The notes under the pieces are model-generated. The model made no database searches. It saw only the letters and a program-made list of their open reading frames with translations, and was not told the origin of the DNA. From Lama glama (taxonomy: Eukaryota), in assembly GCA_028534125.1 (NCBI GenBank), contig CM052816.1, forward strand, positions 13,578,001 through 13,642,000: 64,000 bases of DNA. The letters run 5' to 3'. Shown here piece after piece: positions 13,151 through 26,500 of this stretch (position 1 is its first letter; each line of letters begins with the position of its first letter). Made by a program: the position numbers and the translations under genes.

Positions 13151-13985
13151 ATTTCCTGTAGTTCACACACTACTTAAGTTGGTTTGCTGGTTTTTAGGAA
13201 TTGAAATTCCACGTACGGGAAACCAGATGTTTCCACAGAACTGTCTTTCCAATCTAGTTTAGTAAGGTCTCCATTTATAAGTTTGACGTGTCAAAAATAG
13301 CTTTTCCTGGCAGGATATCTTATGAACTCTGCATTTTTCAATACAATGTCTTATTGGATGTGCTTTTCTTCCTTGGCTGAATTTATGTTCAATGGATATA
13401 TTTACGATGGATGGGTATTAAAGACTTCATGGAGATGATATGAAAACACAGTAGCGATGACTGTGTCAAGTGTCCTGGTGTTAGAGGCACCTTATCCTTG
13501 AGCTACTTTCAGGGTCAGCGAAAGCACAGGCCAGGAGGATCTGTCCTTCCCTCAGTCAAACACCCTCGCTTGTCAGAGGCAGCAGATGCTCTGCACAGAC
13601 AGCTAGGATGACATCAGTTCATTTATTTCCCTTATAAACTTACAATTTCCTTAAAGGAGGTGCTTTTTAAATGCTTTCATACTCTTATTTCAGATGGATT
13701 TTCCAAAACACTCTTAAGGAGTAAAGCAGTTGTACAGAATCATCACCATGGGGTAAAAAAAATCTGCAAAATCCTTCCTGGGAAAGGACTTCCAATGAAG
13801 TGAAATAGAATAATGATATTGCATCTTACTTGGGTGTAAGGTTCTGAAGCTAATATATAAGGCAAAACTCAGACAGAGTGAGAATGTCTCCTGAAAAGCC
13901 CTCAAGCTGTGCACACAGCATAATGTACTTTGCTTTGTTTAAACTGTACTGTCCTGCCAGCTGGAAAGTTCCACAAAGAGATTTT

Positions 13986-13999
13986 CCACCATCTGGTGG
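13986..13999 (-). promoter_or_regulatory. CTCF-like motif
   Basis: Minus strand CCACCAGATGGTGG (1 mismatch to core). Motif only. Confidence 0.4.
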
Positions 14000-14086
14000 C
14001 TCCTACAGCTGAGCACCCATCAAAGCAGTTGCCTGTGTTCAGAGGTCACACCTCAGTGGTTCTGCCTTCAGGATGCTTCTAGTTGA

Positions 14087-15066
14087 ATCATTAATTATCA
14101 GAGAAATGCAAATCAAAATTACAACGAGGTATCACCTCACACCAGTTAGAATGGCCATCATTCAAAAGTCCACAAACAATAAGTGCTGGAGAGGCCGTAG
14201 AGGAAAGGGAACCCTCCTACACTGTTGGTGGGGATGTAGTTTTGTGCAGCCATTATGGAGAACAGTAGGAGATTCCTCAAAAGACTAAAAACAGACTTAC
14301 CTTATGATCCAGCAATCCCACTCCTGGGCATATATCCAGAGCGAACCTTAATTCAAAAAGATACATGCACCCCAATGTTCATAGCAGCACTATTTACAAT
14401 AGCCAAGACATGGAAACAACCTAAATGTCCATCGACAGATGACTGGATAAAGAGGCTGTGGTATGTTTATACAATGGAATACTACTCAGCCATAAAAAAG
14501 AATAAAATAATGCCATTTGCAGCAACATAGATGGACCTGAAGAATGTCATTCTAAGTGAAGTAAACCAGAAAGAGAAAGAAAAATACCGTATGATACCAC
14601 TTAAATGTGGAATCTAAAAAGAAGAAGACGACAACAATGACGACAAAGACAATGATGACAAAGATGACAATGAAGAAGAAGAAGAAGAAGAAGAAGAAGA
14701 AGACGATGACGATGATGACGATGACAACGACGCCGACGCCGACAAACGAACTTATTTACAAAACAAAAACAGAATCACAGATATAGAAAACAAACTTATG
14801 GTTATGGAGGGGAGTCAGTGGGAAGGGATAAATTGAAAGTTCAAGATTTGCAGATACTACTATATACAAAACAGATAAACAACAAGTTTATACTGTATAG
14901 CATGGGGAACTATATTCAATATCTTGTAGTAACTTATGGTTAAAAAGAATATGAAAATGAATATATGTATGTTCCTATATGACTGAAGCATTGTGCTGTA
15001 CACCATATATTGATTGACACAACATTGTAAACTGACTATACTTCAATAAAAATATATTTTAAAAAA
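14087..15066 (+). mobile_element. Relatively young 5'-truncated L1 (ORF2 C-terminus, artiodactyl/camelid-type 3' UTR, A-rich tail)
   Basis: ORFs 14073..14288 ([32 protein letters not shown]) and 14255..14530 (LPYDPAIPLLGIYP...TCTPMFIAALFTIAKTWKQPKCPSTDDWIK...MEYYSAIKKNKIMPFAAT*) are near-consensus ORF2 with a frameshift and a premature TAG. The 3' UTR ends aacattgtaaactgactatacttcaataaaa. Confidence 0.95.
14621..14743 (+). repeat. Compound trinucleotide microsatellite, (GAA)10 flanked by GAC/GAT/AAC/AAT triplets, inside the L1 3' UTR
   Basis: Unbroken 3-nt register, with pure (GAA)10 at 14672-14701. Confidence 0.95.
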
Positions 15067-18000
15067 CGATCAATGCATACACCTCAACTAATTTTATTAC
15101 ACTTTCTGAAGACTATCCAGGTGACTCACGACACAGAGACTGGAGTTGCCTTCATCCTGTATTGTCCTTTATTAAGCAATCTTGGGTACTCGGGATAATG
15201 AAGTTACAAGAGAAAGGGGTCACATTAGCATCATCTGATCTGGTGATTTTCAACCTATTAGTACATAATCCATTTTATCAAAAATCTATCAGTCCAACAA
15301 ATGGATCAATCAGATGTGACATTAATGTGTACATTAAAAAGATGAAAGCAAGGCAGCTCTGGGGGAAGCTGGGGGAAAGTCTTCTTTTCACCTCGACAAC
15401 CACAGAACCCCAGAGGGTCCTGAAACATAATTTGAAAAACTACCGATCTAGTGATGCCTCTGTTCTCCATGCTTTCACCACAGCTGCAGAATCGCAGGCT
15501 TAGAGAGGGTAAGCCACTTTTCCAGGGCCACACAGTAAGTGCCTCACTGGGCAAGACACTAAGTTTCCTGACTCAGTTTGCCACCGTTTCCATTACAAAT
15601 TTGCCCCTCCTCCACTGCCACCTATTCCAGCAGATGTGATCTTTCAAAACTGTGTGCGAAGGCCAAGGGCGATTTGGAAAGACTGAGGTTGGCTGCACCA
15701 GGTCAAGCAAGACTTCTGGGAAGAGGGGAGTTTGGTGCTAAATCTTACAGGACAAGCAAGTCTGGACTGAATTAATGGAAAAAGCGATTTGGGTGAAATG
15801 AATTGTTGGAGCTGGCAATAGTGTGGGGAGAGAATGGTGCCAAGTGAGAGTGAATGGCAGGTCTTAAAAAGGGACAGAGCCTGAAGCGGGGGCAGGGAGG
15901 GAGAAACAGAACAGGAGGGGAGCATGTTAGGGATGCTAAATAGCTGAGGAAATCCTATTTCCAAAAAGATGTAACAGCTTCCTGAAGATGACCCATCAAA
16001 TCCATCCAGCAGTCGCCCCATGGAGTCAGCGTGGGGGTGGAGGGACCAGCGCGGGCCGGGGCCCCACATCACAAGGCTGGAACTCGGGAGGGGGAGCTGC
16101 TGCCTCCCCGACAAGGATGAGTGCAGTGATAACTCCCAACAAACTAAACGAGCTAAACTTCAGAAAAGTACTTTGCAAACATTAAACCCATATATACAGT
16201 TACTGCTTTTTAAAAACAAAACATTAAGCCATCGTTGTGTATGAATTAATCCATTCCCGTGGAAAGCCAATGTCAAAAGGGCTCATGCCTCCGATTCTCC
16301 AACATTAACAAGGTGTGTGTAGGCATCAACCTGCCAAGATTTAGAAAATCAGGAGAACAAGATGACACAGAGGACACGGAGAACCAGAGGCCTTTCCGCC
16401 CCAGGGTTCTTGATTATGCTGTTTCAGATATTGCAACCGAGAAATCCAAGAAAAGCTCCACTGGTTATTTGGGTCAGAGCCACTGAACTACCCAGATATT
16501 CAAAAAGCAACCACTAAGGTACAGAAGAGACGAAGAAGACAGCAGGGGGAGGACCAGAGGCAAACGCACACTCCAAACTATGCCAGGAGCCACCGCGGCA
16601 AGAACAAAACACTATATATATAAAATGGAATGTAGCTGATCAAGCAAAGAAAAAGACAACAAATGGACTGTAAAAATAAAAGCATGCTGTAAAAATAAAA
16701 AAGGTCAAAGTTGAAAGTGCCAGGGAATTGCCACATCTAAAATAATCTCTTCAAAATGTATGTGGGAAAGGAAAGGGAAATGATTAGAAACCAGCAACAA
16801 ACAGAGAAAGCAAAGGAAGATCAAGGAAGCAAACTTCACATCGTCTGCTAACACTGTCTCCACTTCCCCCCTCAAAAGTGAAGGGGAGTCGTGTTTGGTT
16901 TTGTTGCTGACCTACTTCTGAGCCTCTGTGGTATAAATAAGCATAGTTTTATAAGGCCTGGGAGGAGGGGGAGAAGAGAAATGGCCTGTGTCTTAGGGTA
17001 CGTGACAGACGTCACTCCTTGAAAACACACTGATGGTTTTCATCACAGACCTCAGATGAGCTCATTTTATTATTTAAACCTCTTTTATTCATTCCGAACC
17101 AACAGGTGTTATTTTCAGTACTGTTATTTTTTACATAAAAGTAATACAGGTGCATGGGGTAAAATCAAACTCTACAGAAAAACATAAACAAAAAATGACA
17201 AGTTAAAAGTCCTCTACTCCCTCTCCCCAAAGATTCAACCATTAAATTTTTTCACATCATCACTAGAAAAGCAGTTATTTATATGCTAGGAAGGGCGTGT
17301 GGACAAACTCACAAACACCCTTTTATTTCCCCAAAGGAGATCCCGTTACTCAAAAAGGCCTGGTGTCAGCACTGTCACAGCACATCTCCCATCAGTACAG
17401 CCAGGCCTCCAGCAGGTGAAAAAATGGTGCCCAGCAACCTGCCGTCCGGACGCGCTGGCACAGACTGAATCAGCCCCACGCTGGTAAGGCACGTGAGCAA
17501 TGCCTGTTTGCCTGTCCGTCTGTCTATCTACCCATCCATCCATCCACTGTATTTATTAGCTTTTTCAAACAACGCTGCAATGATCTGCATCTATACCCAC
17601 ATCCCTAGCATTTGTTCTAAGGCACTCTGAGCGGTACGGGTAAGGGTCTGTTTTCATCATGCAGCTAACTCTCCATTAGGTAACTGCACTGAAAAGGTCA
17701 GGAAACACTACTCTAAAGCAACCCCGAATTGTTCCTTAGTAACAGTGAAGGTTTACCAAACTACGGTGTACAACGGAGTAAATGAAAACTTCCTTGGATA
17801 ACCTTGTATCAAATATATGGCAATATTCACCATTTTGAAGACATCATAGAAAACAACAAAGACAATACAAAGATTTGAGATCATAGCTTTCTATTTTAAA
17901 AAAAGGCCCACAGTGGTAACAAGCTTCTAAAGCAGTCCCTTGTTGTCTGTAAGCCCCCTGCTCAGATGAGTTCTCTTTCCTTCAGTGTTAGAAGGAAGCT

Positions 18001-18369
18001 GGTGGACAGCAGCTCGTCTCTGAGTAAATTGCTCTTAAAATGGTCCGGCACAGAGGCTGAGAGGCGGCAGGCCTTCCAGCGATGGAGGGTGAGCCAGCCC
18101 GTGGCCCTCACTGCTTCTCACTTTCTCTTCATCTCCATCAAACGACCTCACAACCGCGTATCGCTGCTCCGTATCTCAAACCTCAGGTATCGCACAGTCA
18201 GGAAATTAAGCTAACCTCCTGCTTAATGCCAGCCCCTTCAGATGTCTTTCCCCCAGACATGACGCAGCCATCTGTCTGTCTCAAATGTCACTCATCAGAG
18301 AAGCCTCCAAGCTCCCCCACCCCGCCCCAGGTCAGCCTGGTGCTGAAATGAACGAATTCAGAAGACGGC

Positions 18370-18490
18370 TTCACTAAGCTTCAGTTTCTCCAGTGCAACA
18401 CGGGGATGACAACTGTACCGACCCCACAGGACCGTGAGATAATACACGTGACACTTGCAGCAGAATGGTACATGGCAAGCACTCAAAGGG
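18370..18490 (+). mobile_element. MIR SINE fragment
   Basis: cttcagtttctccagtgcaacacggggatgacaactgtacc...gagataatacacgtga...gtacatggcaagcactcaa. Confidence 0.65.
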
Positions 18491-19344
18491 TATCGGCAAT
18501 TTATAAAATCACCGGTCTCCGTTTTTAAAAATGAGCCAGCACAGAAAAGAGTGCTCCGGCTCTAATAACCAGAAGAAATAGATGTTTGCTTAGAGATATG
18601 ACTAAACCTGCTCAAGCTTCCCATAGTACAGCTAATTACTTATACCCTGGGGCCCCCTCAGCCCAGGAGATAGCAGCTAATCCAGGGCTGCGATGAGGCA
18701 AGGACACAGCTGACTAGAAACGGGGTGGGGGTGGGGTCTCCAGGGTGCAAAGGACAGTGTGTGACACTTACTGCCAAGATCCAGGCAACTGGAAACTTCC
18801 TCTGCCTCTCATTTTCTTCACAAAAATGCTAGTTTGATTTTGGTTATCCATGGTTATTCTGCCCAGCCAACTAATCAAGAGTTTAAAGTATAGCTTCTAA
18901 CATAATCCCTTGCAAATGCCAGGTGCTAAAGAGAAACAGTTAAAACACTGAGGCGCTCTGTCTCCTATTAGGATATGGATCGAATACACAGCCACCACAC
19001 CAAGAATCCTAATAACGTACATCTCTGACAACAATGATTTTCAAGTCTGTACATCAGTCCTCAAATTCAGAATCTCCAATGTCACCTAAAGAATTTGTAG
19101 AATCTTGGATTTCACCAAAATGGGACTGAAATCTGAACTTAAATTATCAGAATCACATAAAATTTCATATTAAGAGAATTTTATACACTGGAAGATGGCT
19201 AATTTAGTCTTTGATTCGTTCATTTATTCCCCAAACTGCACATTCACTCATTCATTCCAAAAGTGGTTAGGTACCACCTTCCCTAGAAAGCCTTTCCTCC
19301 CTTGCCCACCCGTAATTTGCAGTAATTTTCTCAGAAGGTGACTG

Positions 19345-19805
19345 CTGTGGTCCTGGTTCAGGCTGGCCCCCCTATCACTCCCACTTCTGGCACCAGCACC
19401 TCAGTTTCCTCAAATGTCAGTCAGGTGGTTCCTGACCTACCCACTCACGTGACCCAAGTCTGGCCAATCAACATTGTATCCACCATGTTTGCAGCCACTG
19501 TGACTGGCTGAGGGCTGACCATGGGACTCAACTCCAAGACCTGGATGGGAACTCAAGGGGGGGAAAAATCAGGTCTTCTCACTAGGGCTGCTGGGGAGAA
19601 GGATGATGCAGGATTGGGGCCACTAGGGGTGGGCAGCTGGTAGGTCACACCAGCAGACAGGCAGCCTGAGAATGAAGCCAACAGAGAGGAGAACGGGAAG
19701 AGACCAAGCCTACCCCTGGAATTTTCAGATACATATGCCAAAAACGTCTCTTCTCTGCCTTGAGCCAGTTTCTGGTATTTGGAAGCAAACGATGCTGACA
19801 ACTAC
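19345..19805 (+). mobile_element. MLT1 (J/K-like) MaLR LTR
   Basis: gacccaagtctggccaatca...cagcctgagaatgaagccaacagagagg...cctacccctggaattttcagatacat...ttgagccagttt. Confidence 0.7.
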
Positions 19806-21023
19806 TGCTTGGCTCCACTGGTTTCTTCACATGCCCATCTTCCTCCACTAGATTGAAAGCCCATGAAGGGAAGAAACAATGTTTTACTGTCTTTCTTTCC
19901 CCATAATTAGCACAGAAGGCCTGGCTCCATATATGTGGCAGCATCGTGCTCAGGGGAATCTTCCTACAACCAACTATCCTCTTCAAGATGCACCCAGTTA
20001 ATTCGCTTAATGGGACCGCCAAGCTACGCACAAGGGATCTGATGAGGGGCTGTTTTATGCACTGACAGCAAACAACATGCTGCATCCTTATTACCTCTCT
20101 GTACACACCCCAGCCTCTAATTATCAACGACAGCCCCCTAAGTTTCCAAAGCGGTGCCACTGGAACAGCACCACATGAGAAGGACAGACCATGGCACGAA
20201 GGTGGTGAGAGCAGAGCGAACGGCTCCCCTGGGTGCGGTGCGTCTCAGCCTGGACGCCTGCCCCCCAGGCCGGCGCGGCTCTGAACACACGGTGCGAGTC
20301 TCTAAGGAGAGGAGCCGCAGCTGGGCGACATTCTCACCAGGCTCTGAGACGCCCCAACGGCTGAGAACCTCTGCTCAAAAGGGTACAATCGGCACTTCTG
20401 GCACTTCGTTCCTCCTCCCTTGCTAACTCAGTTAGGAGGAGATGACCATAACTCAGGGGAAAGACAGGAGATAATTCAACTGTAGCTCTTCTACCCACAA
20501 AAGATAAAGGGTCTCCAAGGAAGGGGGCGATACCAAATCCAGCTTTATTTACATGTGTGTTCAACCCCAGCCTCTGGTAGAGGACGGAATGATTTCCGAA
20601 GACTCATTGTCTCTAATAGGCATGAGTGGCAGTCAGCCAGAGCCCAGCTGGATGGAACTGGAAAAGAGCGTCATCCTCACGCTGACCCTCCTAACCTAGA
20701 AACGTTTTGTCACAGAACGGCTAGCCTACCTGAAATGAGAGGATGGTGTCATTTATCACAGTGGGAAACAGGAAGCAAACTAAATGCTCATTAGAAAGAA
20801 AGCTCCTTAAATATTATGGCATAAGACAATGCGATCAGCATGATTCATTAAACAAAGATTTAGTGAACACCTATTATGTGCCAATGCTCTGTTGGGAAAG
20901 TGAAGCCACAACCGCAAATCTAACAGCTCAACGTCTAACTTCAGTAACAGGGTAAGATGTCTGTAACAACCGTTCCAAGAGCACAAAAACTACAAGAGCA
21001 TGCAAAGCACAATCCCACTAATG

Positions 21024-21024
<1 letters not shown>

Positions 21025-21051
<27 letters not shown>
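21025..21051 (+). repeat. (CA)n microsatellite
   Basis: About 13 AC units read directly. Confidence 0.95.
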
Positions 21052-21055
<4 letters not shown>

Positions 21056-21439
21056 ACATATGTAGGTAAAGATACATGCACAAAACAGGGGATGCAGTGT
21101 CCTCCCATTAATGTAACTACATCTGCATTTATAGAGGACTGAAGTGACAGTCACTAAAATGTGACTTGCAGTCACCTCTAGAAGGTGGGAATTGGGGTAA
21201 TTATTATCTTCTTCATACGACTTCCATCGTGTTGTTGGGATTTTTAAAGTAAGTATATATATGTGCATGTTAAAATTTTTTTGAAATGTATCACATAAAA
21301 AAACAATCTGGAGATCCTAATGTGATTATTTTTTGAGAGAACAGAAGCTGAGGAAAAGTTATAGGTCTTTATTTTTAATTACAATAATAATTGCTCACCC
21401 TCAGGGCTACTGTGCAGTAAAACCAAATATAAGAGAACC

Positions 21440-21600
21440 GGCTGTCATCCCAGATGACCTGGGCTCAAATTTTGTGCCTGCCATTTATGAGCTATGTTCC
21501 TTTAGGTAAGTTACTTAATCTCTCTGTGCCTCAGATCCCTAAACTGTCAACTGAGGATAGTCAGAAGACCTACATTACAGCGCTGTTATGAGGACAAGAC
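21440..21600 (+). mobile_element. MIR SINE
   Basis: gacctgggctcaaat...ggtaagttacttaatctctctgtgcctcag...gttatgagga. Confidence 0.8.
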
Positions 21601-21999
21601 GAATTTTAACAACAAAGGGGAGGAAGTGTTGATGATGGAGGAGAAGGAGGTAAAGCTGCCTCAGATACACTACCCATGAACGTGTCTTGTCTGAAAAACC
21701 TCTGAGTGCAAACCCTCTGGCCCTTCTTTGAAGCCATTCCCATAAACAGTAGCAAGTTCCATCTCTTCAGGTGTATCAGGAGCTTTCGGCAAACTCTTGC
21801 TCATCACTAATCCCATCAGTTTACCCCTGTCTCAGACAGTATAGTTCACATCCATGAGCATCTCCACATGCACAAAAATGTTACTTCTCCAGCCCTGAAG
21901 TTCCTCTGTTTCCTAACAAACTGGGTTCTTCCCTTCTCTTTATGGTGCTCATTAAGCCTCATCCAAGTAGATCCTTCTGATTCTAATTATTGTTTTGTT

Positions 22000-22070
22000 T
22001 CCCTTCCCATCCCTTCCCATCTTATCCTATCCCATTCCATCCCGTACCTTTCCATTCCTTCCCATTCTAC
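22000..22070 (+). repeat. Degenerate (CCCAT/CCCTT)n pentamer repeat
   Basis: cccttcccatcccttcccatcttatcctatcccattccatcccgtacc. Confidence 0.75.
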
Positions 22071-24777
22071 ATATCTCAGTGCCTAGGCTGGTCTTTGAAA
22101 TACACTGATGTTTGAGGCATATTCTTCTTCCCTCCCACTTCAACCTCAACTCTGATTTGGATTCCTGTTCTTAGAAAACCATCTTCCCACCCATCCACCT
22201 ACCCACCCACCCTGCTGACTGACAACAGCAAGCAGAGCATTGTGCTGGATGCTAAGCCAGGGTGGGTATCTGAGACTAGGAGGTACCACAACACAATCAG
22301 AAATCAAACTGATACTATACACAACTTCTAGTAACCCAGCAGTTTAATAACCCTATGACTTGACTTCCCTGTACAACTGGAGTTGACTTTGTCTTATTGC
22401 CACTTGTTTTAATATGCATGTGGTCAAGTTGTATCTTTCTTTTTTCTTCTCCTGAATTTTATTCCAAATTATTTATAGCACTAAAAGAACATTAAGAAGA
22501 GGAATTTTAAAAAAAACCATCACCCTAATGGCAGTTTTATTTTCTTGTGTCTTCCCTATGTTTTTGTACGTGTGTGTCAATTTGCACATTATCATCAAAA
22601 CACACACACATGCTCATATTAACTTTCTACTTACTGAGTAAGCATTCTTCTGCATTCAGCATTTATGGTTTTAATAGCAGTATAAACATTCCAAGAGCTA
22701 CATACCATAGTTTACTTACTTATTGCCCTATTGATGAAAACACAGAGTAACTTTCATTTTAAAAGTTAACTCATGGATGAGTGTTCTTCCTGTACACCTT
22801 CCTTCCTTCCTTTTCAATTATGGACTTGGAATAAATCTTTTCAGCAACAGGATTATCAGACCAGAAAAAAACAATGCCAGGCTTTTAATAGCCATATGGC
22901 TTTCCTAAGAAGTTTTAACAATTAAACGTGTCTACAATCAACACTTTTGTTATCCACACTAATGGAAGGAAGCAGAGTTGAGGATAACCCAAGTTATTTC
23001 TGTTTGCAATTGAGAGGTCAAATATTTACACATACTTTTATAGATTATTTATCTTCTTAATTACGCTTCACAGGCCAACAGAAGGCATGCGGATAAAGAG
23101 ATAAGCTGTGTGAAAGTTCTCTGAAATATTAAAAGACCAACAGGAATTTGAATGCTGCTAGGGAACGAGGGGACGTCCATCACAGAACTCCAAGGGAAAA
23201 AAAAGCTATCTACACGCAGATCCTGGGAGCTGCCTGCAGAGGTATGCGTGTCCTCCCACAGTTTGCAATTGGAACAGCTTTTCTATTTCTGACTCCGTTC
23301 GGTTCTGAGTCCTCGAAGAGAAAAAGGCAAGTGTGGGGTCAATATTTGACCTTCATCTATTCTCTTTTCTCCACCATCCCAGGCATACAGAATCACTGCC
23401 ACTCCATATGCTGCAGAGCAACTCACTAAAAACAGAAAACAAACTGTCCAAAATGCAAGGGGGAAAGGACCGGGAGAGAGAAAATAAAAGCCGTATTAAA
23501 ACTATCTACTGAAGACTAAACTGAACAGCCAGTTTTGACAAGCCCTTTAAATCACCGTGCTCCTCCTATTTACACTGGATGGCTTTCAAAAGCTTGTCTC
23601 TATTCCCAGAGCTTGCATGCAAGGCCAACAAAACCACCATGGCTCTCAGCAGGGTCCCACACCGCCTGCGGCCCCACGCGGGGCAGGCACCCACGCTCCT
23701 GTGCAAGGAGTGATTTGATCCAGCCCAGGGGTGCACCCTTAAAAAGCGCCGCGTCACAACAAAACAAAGGTAACCCCTGCCTATTCTCTTTTAAGTTCTG
23801 TGGTACATCTGAAAGAAGTCTCCACTTGGTATTAGCATGTCTTCAACATTTAACAGTTGCTAACACTTTTTTTTTAACAGAGAGACAAGCTGGGTATAAA
23901 CTAAGAGGTTTGATCAAGTAAAAGTGTCTCATTATTTCCATTTGATTTATTTTGGGGGGTTTCCTTATACAGTTAAGTGACACCAGTTTACACAGTAAGA
24001 AACATATTTATTTTGTAAAAGGAAATTCTGTTAATAAAGAAAGTGAAACGAATCAAAGGCGAGTATTACGTAAACAGAACCAGTGTTATGGAAATATGAC
24101 CAGAATCGAGAGGGTTGTAGGAGAAACTCAAGTTCAGAAAACGGAATTAAGCCTCTTTACATTTTATATTTGTCACCTTTTATAAGTCTCATCTCCTCAA
24201 CAAAAGTGTTATATCCTTAAGAGGAAAGGGCTATGTTTTCATATCACGTGTCTTATTTCAATTATCTGTTATCCTGTATAGAAGCAGATGACTGGGCATT
24301 TCTGATTCCTGTCAGTTAAAACAAAAAAAATGAAAACCAGACACAGTAAGTTCAACAAAAATAGTGTAATTTCTGGTCTGTTTTATCTTGACTTCTCACT
24401 GACCCTTTTGCCATTTAAAAATCATTATAATTTAATTTTATTTATCTTGACTTCTGATTGCTTTTTGGTCTTTAACGACTTGGAATCCTTCAGCTTTCAC
24501 GTTTCCCCTCTATTAATCACTGTAAAGAAGGTTGCAGACATTCTAATAAAACAGGCAAAGTGATCCCTTTATACAGCATGCATATGTAGAGTCCTTTTGA
24601 TATTTATTTTGCCCCTAATTTATCAGTTTCAGAGTAGGATATTCACACATTCAGAGTTAAGCATTCTCTGTAGTTATGGGAAAGGTTGTGCCCACTCTCC
24701 GGTCTACCCCCAGTGCATCTGGCTTGCCTGTTTGGGGGTTCATGTAGAAGCAATGCTTTGCCAATAAACAGCTTTAT

Positions 24778-24850
24778 GGGAAGGAAGGTGGGAAGGAAGG
24801 GAGGGAGGAAGCAGGGGAGGAAGGAAGGAAAAAAGGAGGGAGGGAAAGTG
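24778..24850 (+). repeat. (GGAA/GGGA)n purine tract
   Basis: gggaaggaaggtgggaaggaagggagggaggaagcaggggaggaaggaagg. Confidence 0.85.
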
Positions 24851-25949
24851 GAAAAAGAAAACTGTCACCATTCAGTCTTGTTAGTCAAACAAGGAAAATT
24901 CTTGCAGATCTTCTGCCTGGCAGCCCATAAGCTGGAAACAGATTAAGACTATGAAGATAAGTCATCATTTCACTGCCCAGCAATGCAGATGATCTGGAAA
25001 CTTGGCAGAAAGGGTCTTGGCGTTCCTATTCTTTTTTCCCCCTATTCTTTTACATAGTCAAGAGCTGAAACAACCCCACCCAAATTGGACGTTGTGAATT
25101 CCTGTTTACTCAAGAAAACTCTACAGGGGGAGCTCAGGGAGGGTCCAAGGATGCAAAAAGCAAAACAAACAAAAACCTGAAAGCATGGTTTCACATTTGC
25201 GGGGTAAAATTCACTCAGAGGTGGCCTAAATGAAAGAGTTTCAGTTTCAGTAGGAAATGAAATATCTAGCACCGTCCGTAGAAGATAAGCACAAAGAAAG
25301 TTTTATTTTGGAAATAATTTCCGGGTACTTTTCCACCACCCGCATCTCTCTTGCTTCACTTGAACCTTTGAAGTTTCACATTAATTCAGTCTCGATACCA
25401 ACCACACAAGTATCTTAAAAAGTAAATGATATTTTCAAAGAAGCCAGGAGTGCTGAGGGTTAGGAACACTGGCCGGAGTTCAAAAGATGTGTAATTTCCA
25501 CTGGGAGAGGAACCTGTCATAATTTTAAATATACACTGAAAATGAAAACAACAAATTTGGAAGAGCATGTACAAGCAGAAAAAATATTAACAGCATAGAG
25601 AATGAAACGATACACTTCAAAGAGGACATCAGTAGACTATCAGTAATGTAATTTTGTTTAAGAAAGGCGAGACCTCTAAAAGTTGAATATTTTCAACACA
25701 GACCAGTTCCTTGTGGGAGAACGGAAAGTAGCAAGTGTTGGGGAGGCTAATCTTAACTCTTACTCTGATTAAGTGTGAGACCTCAGGCTAGTCATCAAGC
25801 CATTCTGATCCCAATTGCCAAACTGGTCATGAGGAATACCAATAGGTCCCATGGCAGGCTGCAAATTCCTAAAACTAACAGCGCTACTCCTGTTACACCA
25901 TGATTTCCCTTTGTGACAAAGGAACACGTAATGTCTTGAGAACTGTTTA

Positions 25950-26500
25950 ACATTCAACAAATAGTGACTGAGTGTCAGCTACATCCTGGGCCCAGATCTG
26001 GACCCTGGGGAGACAAAGGTGAGTTAGACAAGGTGTAATTCAAAGAATGCCATTCTAAGGGCAGGAAATGAATCATAAACAAGCAAACAGAGTAGGCTGT
26101 ACAGAAGACATGCAGGGTGATGGGACAGAAGGCAACAGAGGTCAGGAAGAGGCTAGATGGTAATGCTATAAATAAGGCAATTAGGAAACTAAGAACGTGC
26201 AATTCAAGCTGAGATCAGAAGACTGAGCTAGATAAAGAAGGCATGTGAATCTATAGCCATACCACCCTGAACATCCCCGATCTTGTCTGATCTCGGAAGC
26301 TAAGCAGGGTCAGGCCTGGTTTACTTGGATGGGGGAAGGCACATGGAAAGCTGATAGGCAGAATGGCTTGTGCAAAGGTCCTGAGGTGGGAAAGAGCTTG
26401 GTGTGCTGGAGAACAGAACGATGGTTAATGAAGCTGGCCTGTATGGCCACACCAGTAGTTTGAGTTTTATTTTAAGTTAACGGGGAAGCTACTGGGGTGC
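25950..26500 (-). mobile_element. L2 LINE 3' remnant, interrupted by the 5S pseudogene
   Basis: Begins cattcaacaaatagtgactgagtg (antisense L2 terminus) and resumes after the 5S copy with gtgcaaaggtcctgaggtgggaaagagcttggtgtg. Confidence 0.75.
26249..26333 (+). pseudogene. 5S rRNA retropseudogene, 3'-truncated, no poly(A)
   Basis: atctatagccataccaccctgaacatccccgatcttgtctgatctcggaagctaagcagggtcaggcctggtt--tacttggatggg aligns with the first ~87 nt of mammalian 5S rRNA, with mostly CpG-type changes. Flanked by gaaggcatgtga and gaaggcacatgg. Confidence 0.93.

Noticed and set aside
14073-14530. L1 ORF2-like ORFs as a functional gene
   Set aside because: 5'-truncated, frameshifted and ending in a premature TAG, so this is a dead retroelement copy.
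16667-16701. Short direct repeat ctgtaaaaataaaa x2 (similar small duplications near 33501-33536 and 56148-56171)
   Set aside because: Ordinary slippage-type microduplications. There is no repeat-spacer array, so nothing CRISPR-like.
19645-20160. 171-aa minus-strand ORF
   Set aside because: Runs across MLT1 and L2 remnants and has no protein similarity I recognise.
26249-26333. Functional 5S rRNA gene
   Set aside because: It lacks the last ~30 nt and the terminator, has a 2-nt deletion and CpG decay, and is solitary with a TSD.
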